From positions 448,001-512,000 of the forward strand of contig CAWCNS010000006.1 in assembly GCA_963796965.1 (NCBI GenBank): a DNA stretch of 64,000 bases, read 5' to 3'. The number at the start of each line of letters is the position of its first letter. Position 1 is the first letter of the stretch. The notes under the pieces were generated by a model. That model did no database searches. It was not told the DNA's origin and saw only the letters and a list, made by a program, of their open reading frames with translations. Shown here piece after piece: positions 11,589 to 22,790 of the stretch. Made by a program: the position numbers and the translations under genes. This DNA comes from Calditrichia bacterium. GTDB lineage: Bacteria; Calditrichota; Calditrichia; JAJRVZ01.

Positions 11589-12494
11589 CTATTTCTTTAG
11601 AGTACCGTTTTGAATTAACTTTATAAAGATATCATTCAGAGAAGGTTCTACCTGAATAAATTTAGTTATTGATACGACATCAAAAAGAGCCTGAACAATT
11701 TTTTTTCTACTATTAGCATTACCCTCAATGGCGATCTTACAACTCTGATTATGTTCTTCTAATATCTTGATATCCTTTATCTCTTTCAGTGAATCCAATT
11801 TATCATCAGTCTCAATATAGAAGGCGTTCTCTTTAAATCTGGATTTTATATTTGCCAAAGAATCATCTAGTATCATCTTTCCCTGGTTAAGCAAATAGAC
11901 ATGATCTGCAATTTTTTCAACTTCCGCCATTTGATGGGTCGATAAAATAATAATCTTATTTTCTTTTTTACTTTGAGCAATTATTTCATGTAAAACCATC
12001 TGATTGACAGGATCTAATCCGGCAAACGGTTCATCGAGAATTATTATGTCAGGGTTGTGAAGGAGGGCGATTATAAATTGTATTTTCTGTTGCATTCCTT
12101 TTGAGAGTTCGTGTATTGTCTTTTGGGTATAATCAATTAGTCCCAGTTTGTCCAGATATCGAATAGCTTCAACCTCAGCACGATGTCTGGACATGCGGTT
12201 TAAAATGCCAATATAGACAAGTAAATCAAGTACCCTGGAACGTTGATACAACCCCCGCTCTTCAGGTAGGTATCCAAAGAGATTTCGCTTTAGTTTTTCT
12301 CGTGGCTCTCCACGGTATAATATTTCACCCTGGTCCGGCTTAATTATTTGCATTAATAATCGAAGTGTTGTTGTCTTTCCTGCACCATTTGGCCCAAGAA
12401 GTGCAAAAACTTCACCTGGATTAACTTTAAAGGATATCCCCTCAAGAGCCAGGGTAGAATCAAAGGATTTTGTTAAGTCATTTACTTCAAGCAT
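11589..12494 (-). CDS. ABC ATP-binding protein (NatA/YhaQ-like)
   Basis: GPNGAGKTT, GYLPEERGLY, LSKGMQQK, ILDEPFAGLDPVN. Confidence 0.93.
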   Translation of the reverse strand: MLEVNDLTKSFDSTLALEGISFKVNPGEVFALLGPNGAGKTTTLRLLMQIIKPDQGEILYRGEPREKLKRNLFGYLPEERGLYQRSRVLDLLVYIGILNRMSRHRAEVEAIRYLDKLGLIDYTQKTIHELSKGMQQKIQFIIALLHNPDIIILDEPFAGLDPVNQMVLHEIIAQSKKENKIIILSTHQMAEVEKIADHVYLLNQGKMILDDSLANIKSRFKENAFYIETDDKLDSLKEIKDIKILEEHNQSCKIAIEGNANSRKKIVQALFDVVSITKFIQVEPSLNDIFIKLIQNGTLKK

Positions 12495-12796
12495 TTTATT
12501 CGCTTATGTTTTAGAATCTGAGAAAAATGACAGATATTCCGAGAATAAGTTTAAAACCAAATTGAATTTAAATAAAATAGTATTGAAAACAGGAAATTAA
12601 GTAACATAAAATCAATGGTTTAATCCCCTAGCAAAAGAGAATCTTCCCTTGAGATAGGAAGAGCCTCCTTTTTAAGGGAAACCATATTGTTGTTCTTTGA
12701 TAAATCCAAAAGCTATGAATTAACAAGGTTTTTTTAATAATGTCAAAATATAATTTAGCTTAATGCAGCAAATTGTAGTGATTAATTTAAAGAATT

Positions 12797-13417
12797 TCAA
12801 TCTTCATCAATAATCTTTATTCCACGCCCCAGGAAGGCGGCAAGATCATCTTTAAAAAATTCAAACTTTGATATTGGAATTTGAAGGCAATAGGATATAG
12901 TATCGGTATATTCGGTTTTTCCAATTATACCCATATATTTTTTTACAGAGTCAAGTAATTTACTCAAGGTATCATATCCGGTTTCAACAGTGATTGTCCT
13001 GTATCTCACTTTTATTTCAACTTTAGTCGTGGCCAATGCCTGCTGGGCACAAACGGAATAGGCACGGCTAAGGCCACCTGTCCCAAGTTTAGTTCCACCA
13101 AAATACCGGGTTACAATAATGATCGTTTGAACAAGATCTTTGTTTTCGAGAACCTGATATATGGGTATTCCTGCGGTGCCGTTTGGTTCACCATCATCAG
13201 AATAACGGAATTCATTATGTGATATTCTGTAGGCATAGCAATTATGGGTTGCATCATGATGTTTTCTACAGATGTTTGAATAGACGGACTCTGCCTGGGT
13301 ACGATTTAAAACATGGAAAATGTGACCCAAGAACTTAGATCCCTTCACCTTTGTTTCAATCGTTATGGGATGATTCGCTACTGTGAGATATTCATCCTCA
13401 TGAGAAACTTTCATCAA
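12797..13417 (-). CDS. yigZ: YigZ/IMPACT family protein
   Basis: 'KGSKF', 'ATHNCYAY', 'SDDGEP.GTAG.P', 'RYFGGTKLGTGGL.RAY'. Confidence 0.92.
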   Translation of the reverse strand: MMKVSHEDEYLTVANHPITIETKVKGSKFLGHIFHVLNRTQAESVYSNICRKHHDATHNCYAYRISHNEFRYSDDGEPNGTAGIPIYQVLENKDLVQTIIIVTRYFGGTKLGTGGLSRAYSVCAQQALATTKVEIKVRYRTITVETGYDTLSKLLDSVKKYMGIIGKTEYTDTISYCLQIPISKFEFFKDDLAAFLGRGIKIIDED

Positions 13418-13437
13418 ACCTCAATTTTTTTATATGA

Positions 13438-13500
13438 AGCAAAGAGCAAAGAGCATAGCGTTAAATTACAAATTGCTAAGTGCCATGCACTATGCGATAT
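13438..13500. repeat. Heptamer-period inverted repeat (AGCAAAG-AGCAAAG-AGCATAG ... CCATGCA-CTATGCG)
   Basis: Seen directly; similar tracts at 28143-28172 and 32320-32385. Confidence 0.55.
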
Positions 13501-13548
13501 GTTTGCAGAATATAAAAATCACTTTATTTTATATTCGTCAGAAAGAAG

Positions 13549-15042
13549 CTAATTTTGAATAAATTTGGTAGAAATATATTGTACGAACTTCGGGGTGTTG
13601 TTTAAGGGAATTAAAACAGGCGCAATGACACGTTGTGGAAAGTGGGTTTTCATTACAACCATGTCAGATTTTAGAGGTTCCAGGCTATCGAATACAGCCA
13701 TATCGATGGAAATATTATAATTACTGGTCAGGTTTAGTAAATATTCATCGAGCCGGGCACCTAATTTGAATGTTCCTTCCATTGTGGCACTTGTGTCTGA
13801 TAGTGATCCAAAATCTTTTAATACATTCTGAAAAACGAGATAATCAGTCCACATACGCGATTGAGATTGTACAAAAACAGATTTTTCTAGATCTGCTTTA
13901 CGCGCCAGGGAAACAAGAACCTGATCATCTAAAAGCATCTTTGTGGCCGCTATCATGCTAGAGCGAAACTTTCCCGGAGAAGTGAAAATTAATGGGTAAG
14001 GTGACACCTGAAGCCGATCCAATAATGTCCGGACCGTCCATGGTGTATCTCTGTCAAAATCAACAACAGGTGACTCGAGAAAAGGACCGAGTTGTTCCGT
14101 TGTTTCATCAAGAATATAATTCATTGTTCCGGGGTTTTCAGAATGATTATCAACAGTTTTAACGTTTATCAATTCTTCCAATCTTTGAACAAGTCTTTTA
14201 AAAGTTTGTTTGTTCAAATTGTAGGGAGGACTATTGAATTTACTTTTAATATAATTTTGGAAATATGTTTTTTGTTTCCGGTTTCGTATAATTTTCTCGA
14301 TTCGTTTATATTCCTTATTAAAATCATCAGCAGATGTAAAAATGTCTACATTGTCATCCAGATGTTTGATAATAAAAAAGTATTGCCCAATTTTTAGGGG
14401 ATTGCCTATTTCATTTATACCTAATTGAAAGACAAAGGATTCGAGCGTGTTCAAATCGCTGCCAAATGAAACAGAATCTTCAGGTATCAATCGTGGCTCG
14501 ATTCCATTTATTTGGGCAACATCAGAAAAACTCATACCATTTTTTAAATGCTGATAGGCACGTTCTGCCAATTGCTTATCAGGGAAGATCAAGTACTTAA
14601 AAAGTCGTGTTCGTTTTGATTTTAAATAGGCCTCATAAACTTCTTGCTCGGAGACTGTGATGTTGTTTTTTATCTCAACTTGCCAGAGATTTTCAATCAT
14701 GGCCTCTCTTTTAAACTGTTTACTCAAGGCTCTAATTTGAGATTTATCATCATAGTTCTTGTTGTAACCCTCCTGGGCAATCATTTTTACTGCAATCAAC
14801 GTTTGGAGGTGTATCAATTTGGCCTCTTCGGTATTCTGTATACGCGAAAGGTAGGGATTGTATTGATAGGTTAAATTAAATTCTTCCACATTAATGGCGA
14901 TATCACCCACGTGTGCGACAATATCGGTTTCTAGTTCCTTTGAGCAAGAAGATATACATGACAATAAGAGTAGAATAATTAATGAGAGAAGGATATACCT
15001 GAAGAGATGGAAGTGAGTATATATATTTGATAGAAGTATCAT
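13549..15042 (-). CDS. Peptidyl-prolyl isomerase/SurA-PrsA-like exported (lipo)protein
   Basis: Hydrophobic N-terminus with Cys; 'VAHVGDIAI.VEEF', 'VSEQEVYEAY', 'LKNGMSFSDVA', 'F.L..NEIG.P'. Confidence 0.65.
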   Translation of the reverse strand: MILLSNIYTHFHLFRYILLSLIILLLLSCISSCSKELETDIVAHVGDIAINVEEFNLTYQYNPYLSRIQNTEEAKLIHLQTLIAVKMIAQEGYNKNYDDKSQIRALSKQFKREAMIENLWQVEIKNNITVSEQEVYEAYLKSKRTRLFKYLIFPDKQLAERAYQHLKNGMSFSDVAQINGIEPRLIPEDSVSFGSDLNTLESFVFQLGINEIGNPLKIGQYFFIIKHLDDNVDIFTSADDFNKEYKRIEKIIRNRKQKTYFQNYIKSKFNSPPYNLNKQTFKRLVQRLEELINVKTVDNHSENPGTMNYILDETTEQLGPFLESPVVDFDRDTPWTVRTLLDRLQVSPYPLIFTSPGKFRSSMIAATKMLLDDQVLVSLARKADLEKSVFVQSQSRMWTDYLVFQNVLKDFGSLSDTSATMEGTFKLGARLDEYLLNLTSNYNISIDMAVFDSLEPLKSDMVVMKTHFPQRVIAPVLIPLNNTPKFVQYISTKFIQN

Positions 15043-15134
15043 TGAAGATTATCTACAATTAAAATCTGGAGAGAAATAACCGAATTAATAAATTGTAAAG
15101 ATTTTAAAAAAAGAGACGTCATATCGGAAAATGA

Positions 15135-15181
15135 AGACGTCCCGCCGGTTGAAAAGCCCGTTTTACGGGGGACGTCTCTAC
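15135..15181 (-). repeat. GTAG-type REP-like element with an expanded loop, just downstream of the PorV-like gene
   Basis: Arms AGACGTCCC / GGGACGTCT-CTAC are identical to 4232-4256, with a 25-nt loop. Confidence 0.65.
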
Positions 15182-15183
15182 AA

Positions 15184-16227
15184 TTAAAACCGCAGAAATA
15201 GAGTAAACCGTTGGGCATTATCAAAACGGCCAAAATCAGCATAAGCATAATCTGCTTTTAACACCACTGTACCACCAAGCCGAATGTTAGCCCCAACGCC
15301 AGCAGTCAAACCCTCTTCAGTATCAGCCAGAAAAAGAGATTTATAACCACCACGGATAAAAATTAAATTGCCCCAGCCATATTCAAATCCTGTATTCACA
15401 GATTCAAAATTGTCATTTGGATGAAGGGCATCTATGGCCAGGGTTAAGCGGTTGTTTTCAGTCGCAATAACATCTTTAGCCAGCCCAACCTGGAAAAGCA
15501 GGGGAAGGGGGTATGATTTCATCTCGTAATCTGCGTTGACAACATTAACATTTCCAATATTATTCGGATCGGGATCATAGGCGAATTTTATATCCCTGCC
15601 TTCAAGTTTCATTGAGGTTCCAAAATTTGATATGGCCCCACCCAATCGTATGCCCCAAAAAGGTGTTACAAAAAGAACACCAGCATCAAGAGCAATAGAC
15701 GAGGCACTCATATGCCAAATACGTTCCATTATGTATTTAACATTAAAACCGATAGAGAAATTGTCCGTCAGACTTCGTGCATAGGAGAGACCAGCGGTTA
15801 AACTACTAACATCAAAATTTTCCCCGGTTCCATCAGGGGCATACGTTGTACGGACGGGCATCTCGCCCGAAGAGAAAGTAGCGAGCATCACGCCAATGGT
15901 TCCACTTTGACCCAGATCCATGGCAAATGCGCCATAGTCAAGTTTTGTATCCACAAGCCAGTTGGTATGGGTAAACATAACTTCATACGCATTAATTTCG
16001 GCCAGACCGGCTGGATTCGTATACATGGTGCTGACATCATTGGCAACGGCGACAAAGGCACCTCCCATACCAATTGTGCGGGCGCTGATCCCCAATTTTA
16101 GAAACTGTGCGACAGAGGTTCCTACCTTTGATATGGTCGCGGATGAGAGATCGTCATCCTGGGAATAGAGATTTGAGTTGATTAGCAGAATACCCAAAAG
16201 AAGACAGGTGTATAATCTGAATTTCAT
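15184..16227 (-). CDS. PorV/PorQ-family (FadL-like) outer-membrane beta-barrel
   Basis: Signal peptide; 'QFLKLGISAR..GMGGAFVAVAND....NPAGL'; C-terminal Phe. Confidence 0.85.
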   Translation of the reverse strand: MKFRLYTCLLLGILLINSNLYSQDDDLSSATISKVGTSVAQFLKLGISARTIGMGGAFVAVANDVSTMYTNPAGLAEINAYEVMFTHTNWLVDTKLDYGAFAMDLGQSGTIGVMLATFSSGEMPVRTTYAPDGTGENFDVSSLTAGLSYARSLTDNFSIGFNVKYIMERIWHMSASSIALDAGVLFVTPFWGIRLGGAISNFGTSMKLEGRDIKFAYDPDPNNIGNVNVVNADYEMKSYPLPLLFQVGLAKDVIATENNRLTLAIDALHPNDNFESVNTGFEYGWGNLIFIRGGYKSLFLADTEEGLTAGVGANIRLGGTVVLKADYAYADFGRFDNAQRFTLFLRF

Positions 16228-16279
16228 GTATTTAACCTCCGGAACAACAAAAATTTTAAATGTTTGGTTGTGATCAATT

Positions 16280-19200
16280 CTATCTTATAACAGCAAATTT
16301 ACCTGTTGTTTCACCTATTCCAGGTGCATCAACATGGAAGAAGTACAAGCCATAGGCGACTTCCATATTGTCTCTTGTTAGTAAATCCCAGAATTCCTTA
16401 CCATCATCAATAGCACTGTCATGCTCAATCGTCTGTACCAATTCGCCAGCCAGGGTAAAAACCCTGATCGTACATTTTTGTGGCAAGTGATCGAAATAGA
16501 CACGTCTGTATCCTCTGGAGGATCGATCCAGTGGATTCATAGGCTCTATCACATTGGTGGCCACATAAGGATTGGGCACAACACATATATCACCAAGTTG
16601 GGATTTGGCATTTTCCTGACTGATAAAAGCACCCTCTGTCTGGAAGGAAAAAACATCACCGGGGGCGAAGGGCTTGTCTGTGGCCAGATAATAGCGATCG
16701 TTATCTGTTGGTGGTATATAACCTCCGGATTTTGGTTTATCAAACCAGATTTCCCATACAATATTAGCTGGTGTGATGCCTCCCCGTAATATAAATATGA
16801 CATCTCCGGGGTCCCAGGTGCCATTTATGGTTTTTTCTGTAATAGCAAATTTCATTTTTTCATTATTAATGACATCTAAAATGGTAAAGGGAACCAGGAC
16901 ATTATTTACAGCTGTATCGATAATTGACGAAGAAAAAGTGAACTCATAATCATAGGGATCATATACTCTTGGATCTAGTAAATCTGCTTTAAGTGTTGTT
17001 GTACTGGAAACACTCCAGTCACTTAAATCTTCATTTACACCAAAAGTCGATTGCTTAATGACGAGCTTTTAAACCATCAAACGGTGTGTTTGTTAATTCT
17101 GAATCAATTTTTGTGCTATTCCAGACGGGGTAATAGTTATATTGCGTCTGATATTCTGTAGCATCCTCCATGGTTGCCCCTGGATGGGTCTGGGGATTAA
17201 GCACTTTTATCGCCCCACCAATGGCATCAAGCTCGTAATCTCTTCCTGCCATATAGGTTATTTGACCATCGAGAGATTTAATGCTCGTTGTGGAATCATT
17301 AAGATGTTTATATAATAAGGGGACAAAATTATCGTAGAATGAGATAAATGTTTGCTCTATCGGATCTGTATCCTCAACATTATAGACCGTTTTTGTATTA
17401 ATTTTATCAAACTCGATCAGATATTTATTCTCATTTTTTACGGCAACTTCGTCGATGATATCAACCGAAATTATACCGGTAGAAAATCCTTCTTCCCTTA
17501 CGATTCCATTATTTACATCCTTGTTTACAATATTTGATGGTGTATAACCGGCGGCTTTTCTGCGGGGAATAACCTGGGCTGTATTTACATCAAAGGTGAA
17601 TTCATCTGTAGTGGCATTAAATGTAATAATTTTTGAACATTCAGTAGGAGGAATTCCCAGAGAATCACTACCATGATCATAAGATACCACAGCATAATAA
17701 TAAGTCTGTCCGTTGATTACATTATTTGAATCCACATAGACATTGCGAATTCCTAAATTCTCACCGAGATAATAAGATACGCCACGACCAGTATAGGGTA
17801 TAGTACTAATACCGGAATAGTCATTCTCAAGATCAAATTTGGCCGAAACACCATTAATGGATTTTAGTGGTTCAAATAAGAATTTATTACCATAAATATC
17901 GGTAATATTTTGCTGATCAAGAAAATCATAACCGACACTTCTATAGATAACATATCCTTCAAAGTCATTTTCTTTGGTAATAGGATCAATGGAGGCCTCG
18001 GCAATATTATCCCAGTATAGCATGACCTGGCGATCACCAGGAACAGCGGTTAAATTAGGTTTGGCTGGCGGTTTAGCGAATTGATAACCAGAATTGTATA
18101 TTCGCTGTACAGTTTTGGCATTCAATTCAAGATCGTTTCTGTCTTCGCCAACAATTAGGGCGATAGAAAATCGCTTAATTGCTTCACTTATTTGTTCATA
18201 CGGAACATTGTTAACTGCTTTTAGAGGGAAAATGCCGGATGAATACATAAAGACATTATCTCCACCCTCAATATTTGTAGAATCCCAAGTATCAGGCTGC
18301 AGATATTCATTCCACATTAACTCATCGTTACTAATGCGTAATCCGCTGAATTGAGGCTGGCGAAAACTGGTCAATCCGATCATGTCAGATTCATCGATAT
18401 CGGTAAATTCATAGTTAGGCTCTCCGGGTTTTCTTATATCAAAGGGATCACCAGCTGTGGGAACGCCGTCCTTTTCTCCCTCATCACCGGTGTTGGGGAC
18501 ACCGTCGACACCAACATCATCATTTTCGGCTCTCCAATCATCATCATTATCCTCGCCATCGGTCCAGCTTTCATCGATCATTCCGTCATTATCATTATCA
18601 ATGTTGTCATTGGCAAGACCCGGGCTTTCCAGAAATTTATAACCCAGATATCCTGGAATAATATTAGGGTTATCAATGCTATAGTCATCATCGTCCCAGG
18701 CAAAAACCATTTCCAAGCTTTTATCAAAACTGGCCCAATCATCTGCATAATCTTTGGGACCACCGATGTGTGGATCACCCCACATACCAAAAATTACTTT
18801 TGTTAAGTTCTTATTGGATTTGTTTTGAATTTTGTAGATAAGAAAAATGGCATCTTCAGCTTCGACATTAGACCATTGATAGATCCGTGATTCAACTTCA
18901 AGTCCTAGACCCTTACGCAAGGTATCTTCTTCATAGGGATAATATTCAAACTCAACATTATCGCGGTCATCAAACACGAAGAAAGCCTCTTTATCCGCAT
19001 TGGTTGCCCCTTGCCCAAGGGCACCTGGCCAGACGTAGTCGCGTAAATTTTCATTATACCAACCCTCGGGCCAACTATCCGGTCTCCCATCCCCATCCCG
19101 GTCTTTATCATCACTGGTAGGAAGGTGATCCTGATCTATATTTGCATACTCTACTAGTCCATCATCGCTCAGGACCAAGGGCTGCCATCCCCAGCGGTAA

Positions 19201-19667
19201 TTACCATCAGGTGATACTTCACCGCCACCAGAAATCAATCCATCTGAGATTATATGAGCGATATAAGTGGTATCTCTTCCCTTAATAACCTGAATAATAT
19301 CCGGATGGGGATCAGTTGGCAGAACTTCTACTTCAGCGGCAACAAATGGTGCGAATTCATAACCGTAGCCTAGTCCTTCCCAGACAATATCATTTATTAC
19401 TTCTAAGGGTTTGGAAATAGATCCATAATTCCAGATAAGCGTCGTGATTTTATTACCGTTCATGATTGCATCCTGACGGACCGATCCATCCTGACTGGGT
19501 TTTAGAAATCTCTGCTCTGACCATTCCAGATATTGCTGGGATAGCGATGCTGACCAGTGTTTTTGATGGCCGAGCATAAATAAACTATCCAGATTTTCCT
19601 GTGCCAGGGCAGAACCAGAAAACAAAAGAACAATTAATAAAAACAAACTAATTATTTTGATACTCAT
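16280..19667 (-). CDS. Large secreted acidic protein (~1128 aa after repairing a +1 frameshift at ~17068) with DxDxDG Ca-binding repeats, an Fn3-like domain and a T9SS/FlgD-like CTD
   Basis: AGGAG RBS and signal peptide; 'DRDGDGRPDSW', 'DNDNDGMIDE', 'DDVGVDGVP'; removing one base gives the continuous frame '...FDGLKLVIKQ...NNEKMKFA...VVPNPY...CTIRVFTLAGELV...GLYFFHV...GKFAVIR'. Confidence 0.8.
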
Positions 19668-19810
19668 TTTTTTCTCCTGAATGCGACTTTGGCGCAACAT
19701 GTTTCTCTGTCTCACCTAACGGTGAGCAACGCTAAGAAAAATTTACGTTTTTAATATAGATTTACGTTCTTTATTTTCTATTAATCTACTTAACTGTTTA
19801 TCTGTTTTTT

Positions 19811-19908
19811 AACCATAAAGTTCACATAGAAGGTACTAAGATCACTAAGTTATTATTAAGATTTTTTCTTTGAGTACTTTGTGCCTTCTTAGTGTACTTA
19901 GTGGTTAA
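19811..19908. repeat. Periodic imperfect inverted repeat (AACCA...ACTAAG / CTTAGTG...TGGTT)
   Basis: Arms are visible; a related half-copy lies at 23008-23046. Confidence 0.5.
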
Positions 19909-19985
19909 TCTTTTATCTTTATTCACATCTAAGCGACCTATTGCCGTCTGTAACCCGAAGAGCGGGGCTCTGGGATCTGTGTAAC

Positions 19986-22721
19986 TTAAAAATCAAGGCT
20001 TAAACCCAGGAGCAATGTCCGGGGTGAACTATAATAATTGGGCCTGATATTGTATTCATCATAGGTATGAACACCTGGCTCTCCATAATGGTTTTTAAAA
20101 GACTGTGGCTCGCCTGTTACCCGGTTATAAAAAGTATAAGTCGCTCGTCCTGTATCGTCAAAAACATAACGTTCATTTAGTGTGTCGAAAAGGTTGTAGA
20201 CTTTTAAGAATATATTATACGTCACGTTTTTGGTAGGTATACGATAAGAAGCCAATAAATCGACCGTCCGCTGTAAGGGTTTCGAGTCTGAATTAGGTTC
20301 TGAGTCATAGAGTGAAAAAGCCAGTTGAGGAGAATAAGGATATCCCGTTGATAAACGGCCAATTAAACCAATATTTAAGGCATCCCAAACATCAATGGTT
20401 ACAGATCCATATAAACTGTGGGTTTGATCCCAGTCCAGAGGAACAATTCGTTTAATTGCCTCATAGCCGGAAAGAGAATTAAAATAAAAAGCACTGGAAG
20501 AATTATCATTTCCTTCTGCTACCTGAAAGGTATAGTCAATTTTTGCTGCAACCGGATCGCCGGGTGCCATCCGTTTGGTCAAACTGATCATAAATCCTTT
20601 AACGTTCCCATAGTCCTGATTGAGACGCATTCTATAAGTACGTGTATCTCCGGCCTCTGAGCGGAATTGAATGGTCTGCCAGGCCAGAAGATCCCTTATA
20701 TCTTTATAAAATCCGGTTATATCCAGAGCCATACGATCACCAAATTGCTGCTGAAGACCCAGTTCGTAGGTAACTGTTTTTTCCGGGCTCAGGTTAGCAT
20801 TGCCAAATAATGTGGTGCCTGAAACGGGTAAAATAAAATCCGGATTGGAATACAATGAACCAAATGAAGGCATTTGATAAAAATGACCATAAGAAAGATG
20901 AATAATGCCTCTTGATGTTATGGGAAAAGAAATTCCCAAACGGGGTGCAAGCATATATTTAGGATCAGCTTTTTTCGTTTCGCCATCGGGCTGCAGAACG
21001 TCAACAGCATAGCGGCCATCGGAATAGAAGTAATCAAAACGGAGGCCAGCATTAATGATAACATCCGAATACTCCAATTTATCCTGAATATAGGCAGAAA
21101 TTTCCTGCGGATAGGTATTATAAGCCTGATGGGCATAGGAATCTTTGCTTGGTACGGTGGGGGTTTGGTAGACATTTCGATCATATAGGACAGTGTAACT
21201 GTCATAATCCAGAATGTGTAGTCTGGCTTCAAAGCCTGCCTTTAGCAAATTCCGGGTGTCTAACTGGCTGGTAAAGTCTCCTTTTCCGATAAGCGTACGC
21301 GATTTCTGATAGGTGTGACCATTCGATGTACCACCGAATAAAAAAGTTGTTCCGGTAGGACTACCTTTTATTTTATTACTGGGAACATAACGCGAATCGG
21401 TTGGATCTTCGTATAAATATGATTGATTATAGCGGTAGTTGAAGGCACCACGTAATTCATAAAAAGTAGATGGTGATAAAGTATGGGTAAATTGCATATT
21501 GCTGGAAACAGAAGTTGTATATCTGTTGGGGATAGCATCAGGAACATATTTATACGCATGAGAATATCCTTTGGACCAGGCATCATTGTAAACGGCCTGG
21601 GCCCGTAATACAGCCGAGGATCCCAATTGAAATTTTAATTTTCCGAGAACATTGACAACCTCAGAGGGATTCATGGGAACATAGGCATTGTCACCGTTTA
21701 ACTCGATATACCATTCATCCTTAGGAACACGGATGGTAACTAATTTGTTATCGTCATCCTTAAATTCGATGATATCATACTTTGTCTCAAAATTTGATGA
21801 ATCGCTGGGTAAATGTTCACGGATTCCATAATAATGCCCCTCTGATTTATTATACCGGCCAGATAAGAAAAATGTAGTCCCATTGCCTAAAAAATTAAGA
21901 GGTCCGGAAAAATTACCCTCGGCCACTTTGTTGGAGAGGGGATTAAAATCATCGATATTGGTAAAGATATCATTATGGCTGCTTAATTTGTCACCGGAAT
22001 AAAAACTTAGGAACGTATTGAATTTTGGAGATCCGTCTTTGGTTGTAAAATTCACCACACCACTCATGGCATTACCGTATTCCGCATTAAAGGCACCGCT
22101 AACTACTGTCATCTCCTGTATGGCATTTGTCGCAACGCTCGTTGCAAGACCATTGGTTACATAGGGATTGGCGGCAGAGATACCGTCAATTAAATAGGCA
22201 ATTTCATTACTACGACCACCGCGGATATGCAGAGCACCATCGGCTCCTTGGGTCACACCGGCCTGTGTTAGCATAACGCCGGCATAAGTTTCAACCGGCA
22301 TGGCTTGTATTTCTTCAGCATTGGTAACGGTTTTTGATGAGGTGAGATCCTTCTGGACTAAAGGACGATTGGCAATTACGACGATATCTTCACCTAGCTC
22401 CATGGTTTCTTCTTCAATTTTAAACTCTAACGTAGTTGTCTGATCAGATTGGACCGCCACACCCTGCATGGTAATCGTACGGTAACCGATATAGGAACAT
22501 TCCACATCGTATTTACCAGGAGGAATATTAAGTATGATAAACTCCCCATTTAAATCACTTGAGGCACCCATGGAGGTCTCTTTAATAAACACATTAACCC
22601 CTGGTAAAGGCTCACCTGAGTTTTTATCAGTGACAACACCATAGATTTTACCGGTGTTACCGGCCTGTGTGATTTGTATGGTAGCTAGTGTGAGTAATAA
22701 GGTTAAAATGAAGCGTTTCAT
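19986..22721 (-). CDS. TonB-dependent receptor with an N-terminal carboxypeptidase-regulatory-like domain
   Basis: Signal peptide; 'GKIYG.VTD..SGEPLPGVNV', plug 'HIRGGRSNEIAYLIDG', 'GAFNAEYGNAMSGVVN', 'GNANLSPEKT..YELG'; C-terminal F. Confidence 0.93.
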   Translation of the reverse strand: MKRFILTLLLTLATIQITQAGNTGKIYGVVTDKNSGEPLPGVNVFIKETSMGASSDLNGEFIILNIPPGKYDVECSYIGYRTITMQGVAVQSDQTTTLEFKIEEETMELGEDIVVIANRPLVQKDLTSSKTVTNAEEIQAMPVETYAGVMLTQAGVTQGADGALHIRGGRSNEIAYLIDGISAANPYVTNGLATSVATNAIQEMTVVSGAFNAEYGNAMSGVVNFTTKDGSPKFNTFLSFYSGDKLSSHNDIFTNIDDFNPLSNKVAEGNFSGPLNFLGNGTTFFLSGRYNKSEGHYYGIREHLPSDSSNFETKYDIIEFKDDDNKLVTIRVPKDEWYIELNGDNAYVPMNPSEVVNVLGKLKFQLGSSAVLRAQAVYNDAWSKGYSHAYKYVPDAIPNRYTTSVSSNMQFTHTLSPSTFYELRGAFNYRYNQSYLYEDPTDSRYVPSNKIKGSPTGTTFLFGGTSNGHTYQKSRTLIGKGDFTSQLDTRNLLKAGFEARLHILDYDSYTVLYDRNVYQTPTVPSKDSYAHQAYNTYPQEISAYIQDKLEYSDVIINAGLRFDYFYSDGRYAVDVLQPDGETKKADPKYMLAPRLGISFPITSRGIIHLSYGHFYQMPSFGSLYSNPDFILPVSGTTLFGNANLSPEKTVTYELGLQQQFGDRMALDITGFYKDIRDLLAWQTIQFRSEAGDTRTYRMRLNQDYGNVKGFMISLTKRMAPGDPVAAKIDYTFQVAEGNDNSSSAFYFNSLSGYEAIKRIVPLDWDQTHSLYGSVTIDVWDALNIGLIGRLSTGYPYSPQLAFSLYDSEPNSDSKPLQRTVDLLASYRIPTKNVTYNIFLKVYNLFDTLNERYVFDDTGRATYTFYNRVTGEPQSFKNHYGEPGVHTYDEYNIRPNYYSSPRTLLLGLSLDF

Positions 22722-22790
22722 TACGTTTTACCTCCAGCGGGAAGTTGAATAAAGATCAAATGTAAAAAATCGGTTTTCTAATATATTACA

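Noticed and set aside
19710..19740. attC-like ACCTAAC core
   Set aside because: No matching GTTRRRY partner at a suitable distance, no cassette array and no integrase
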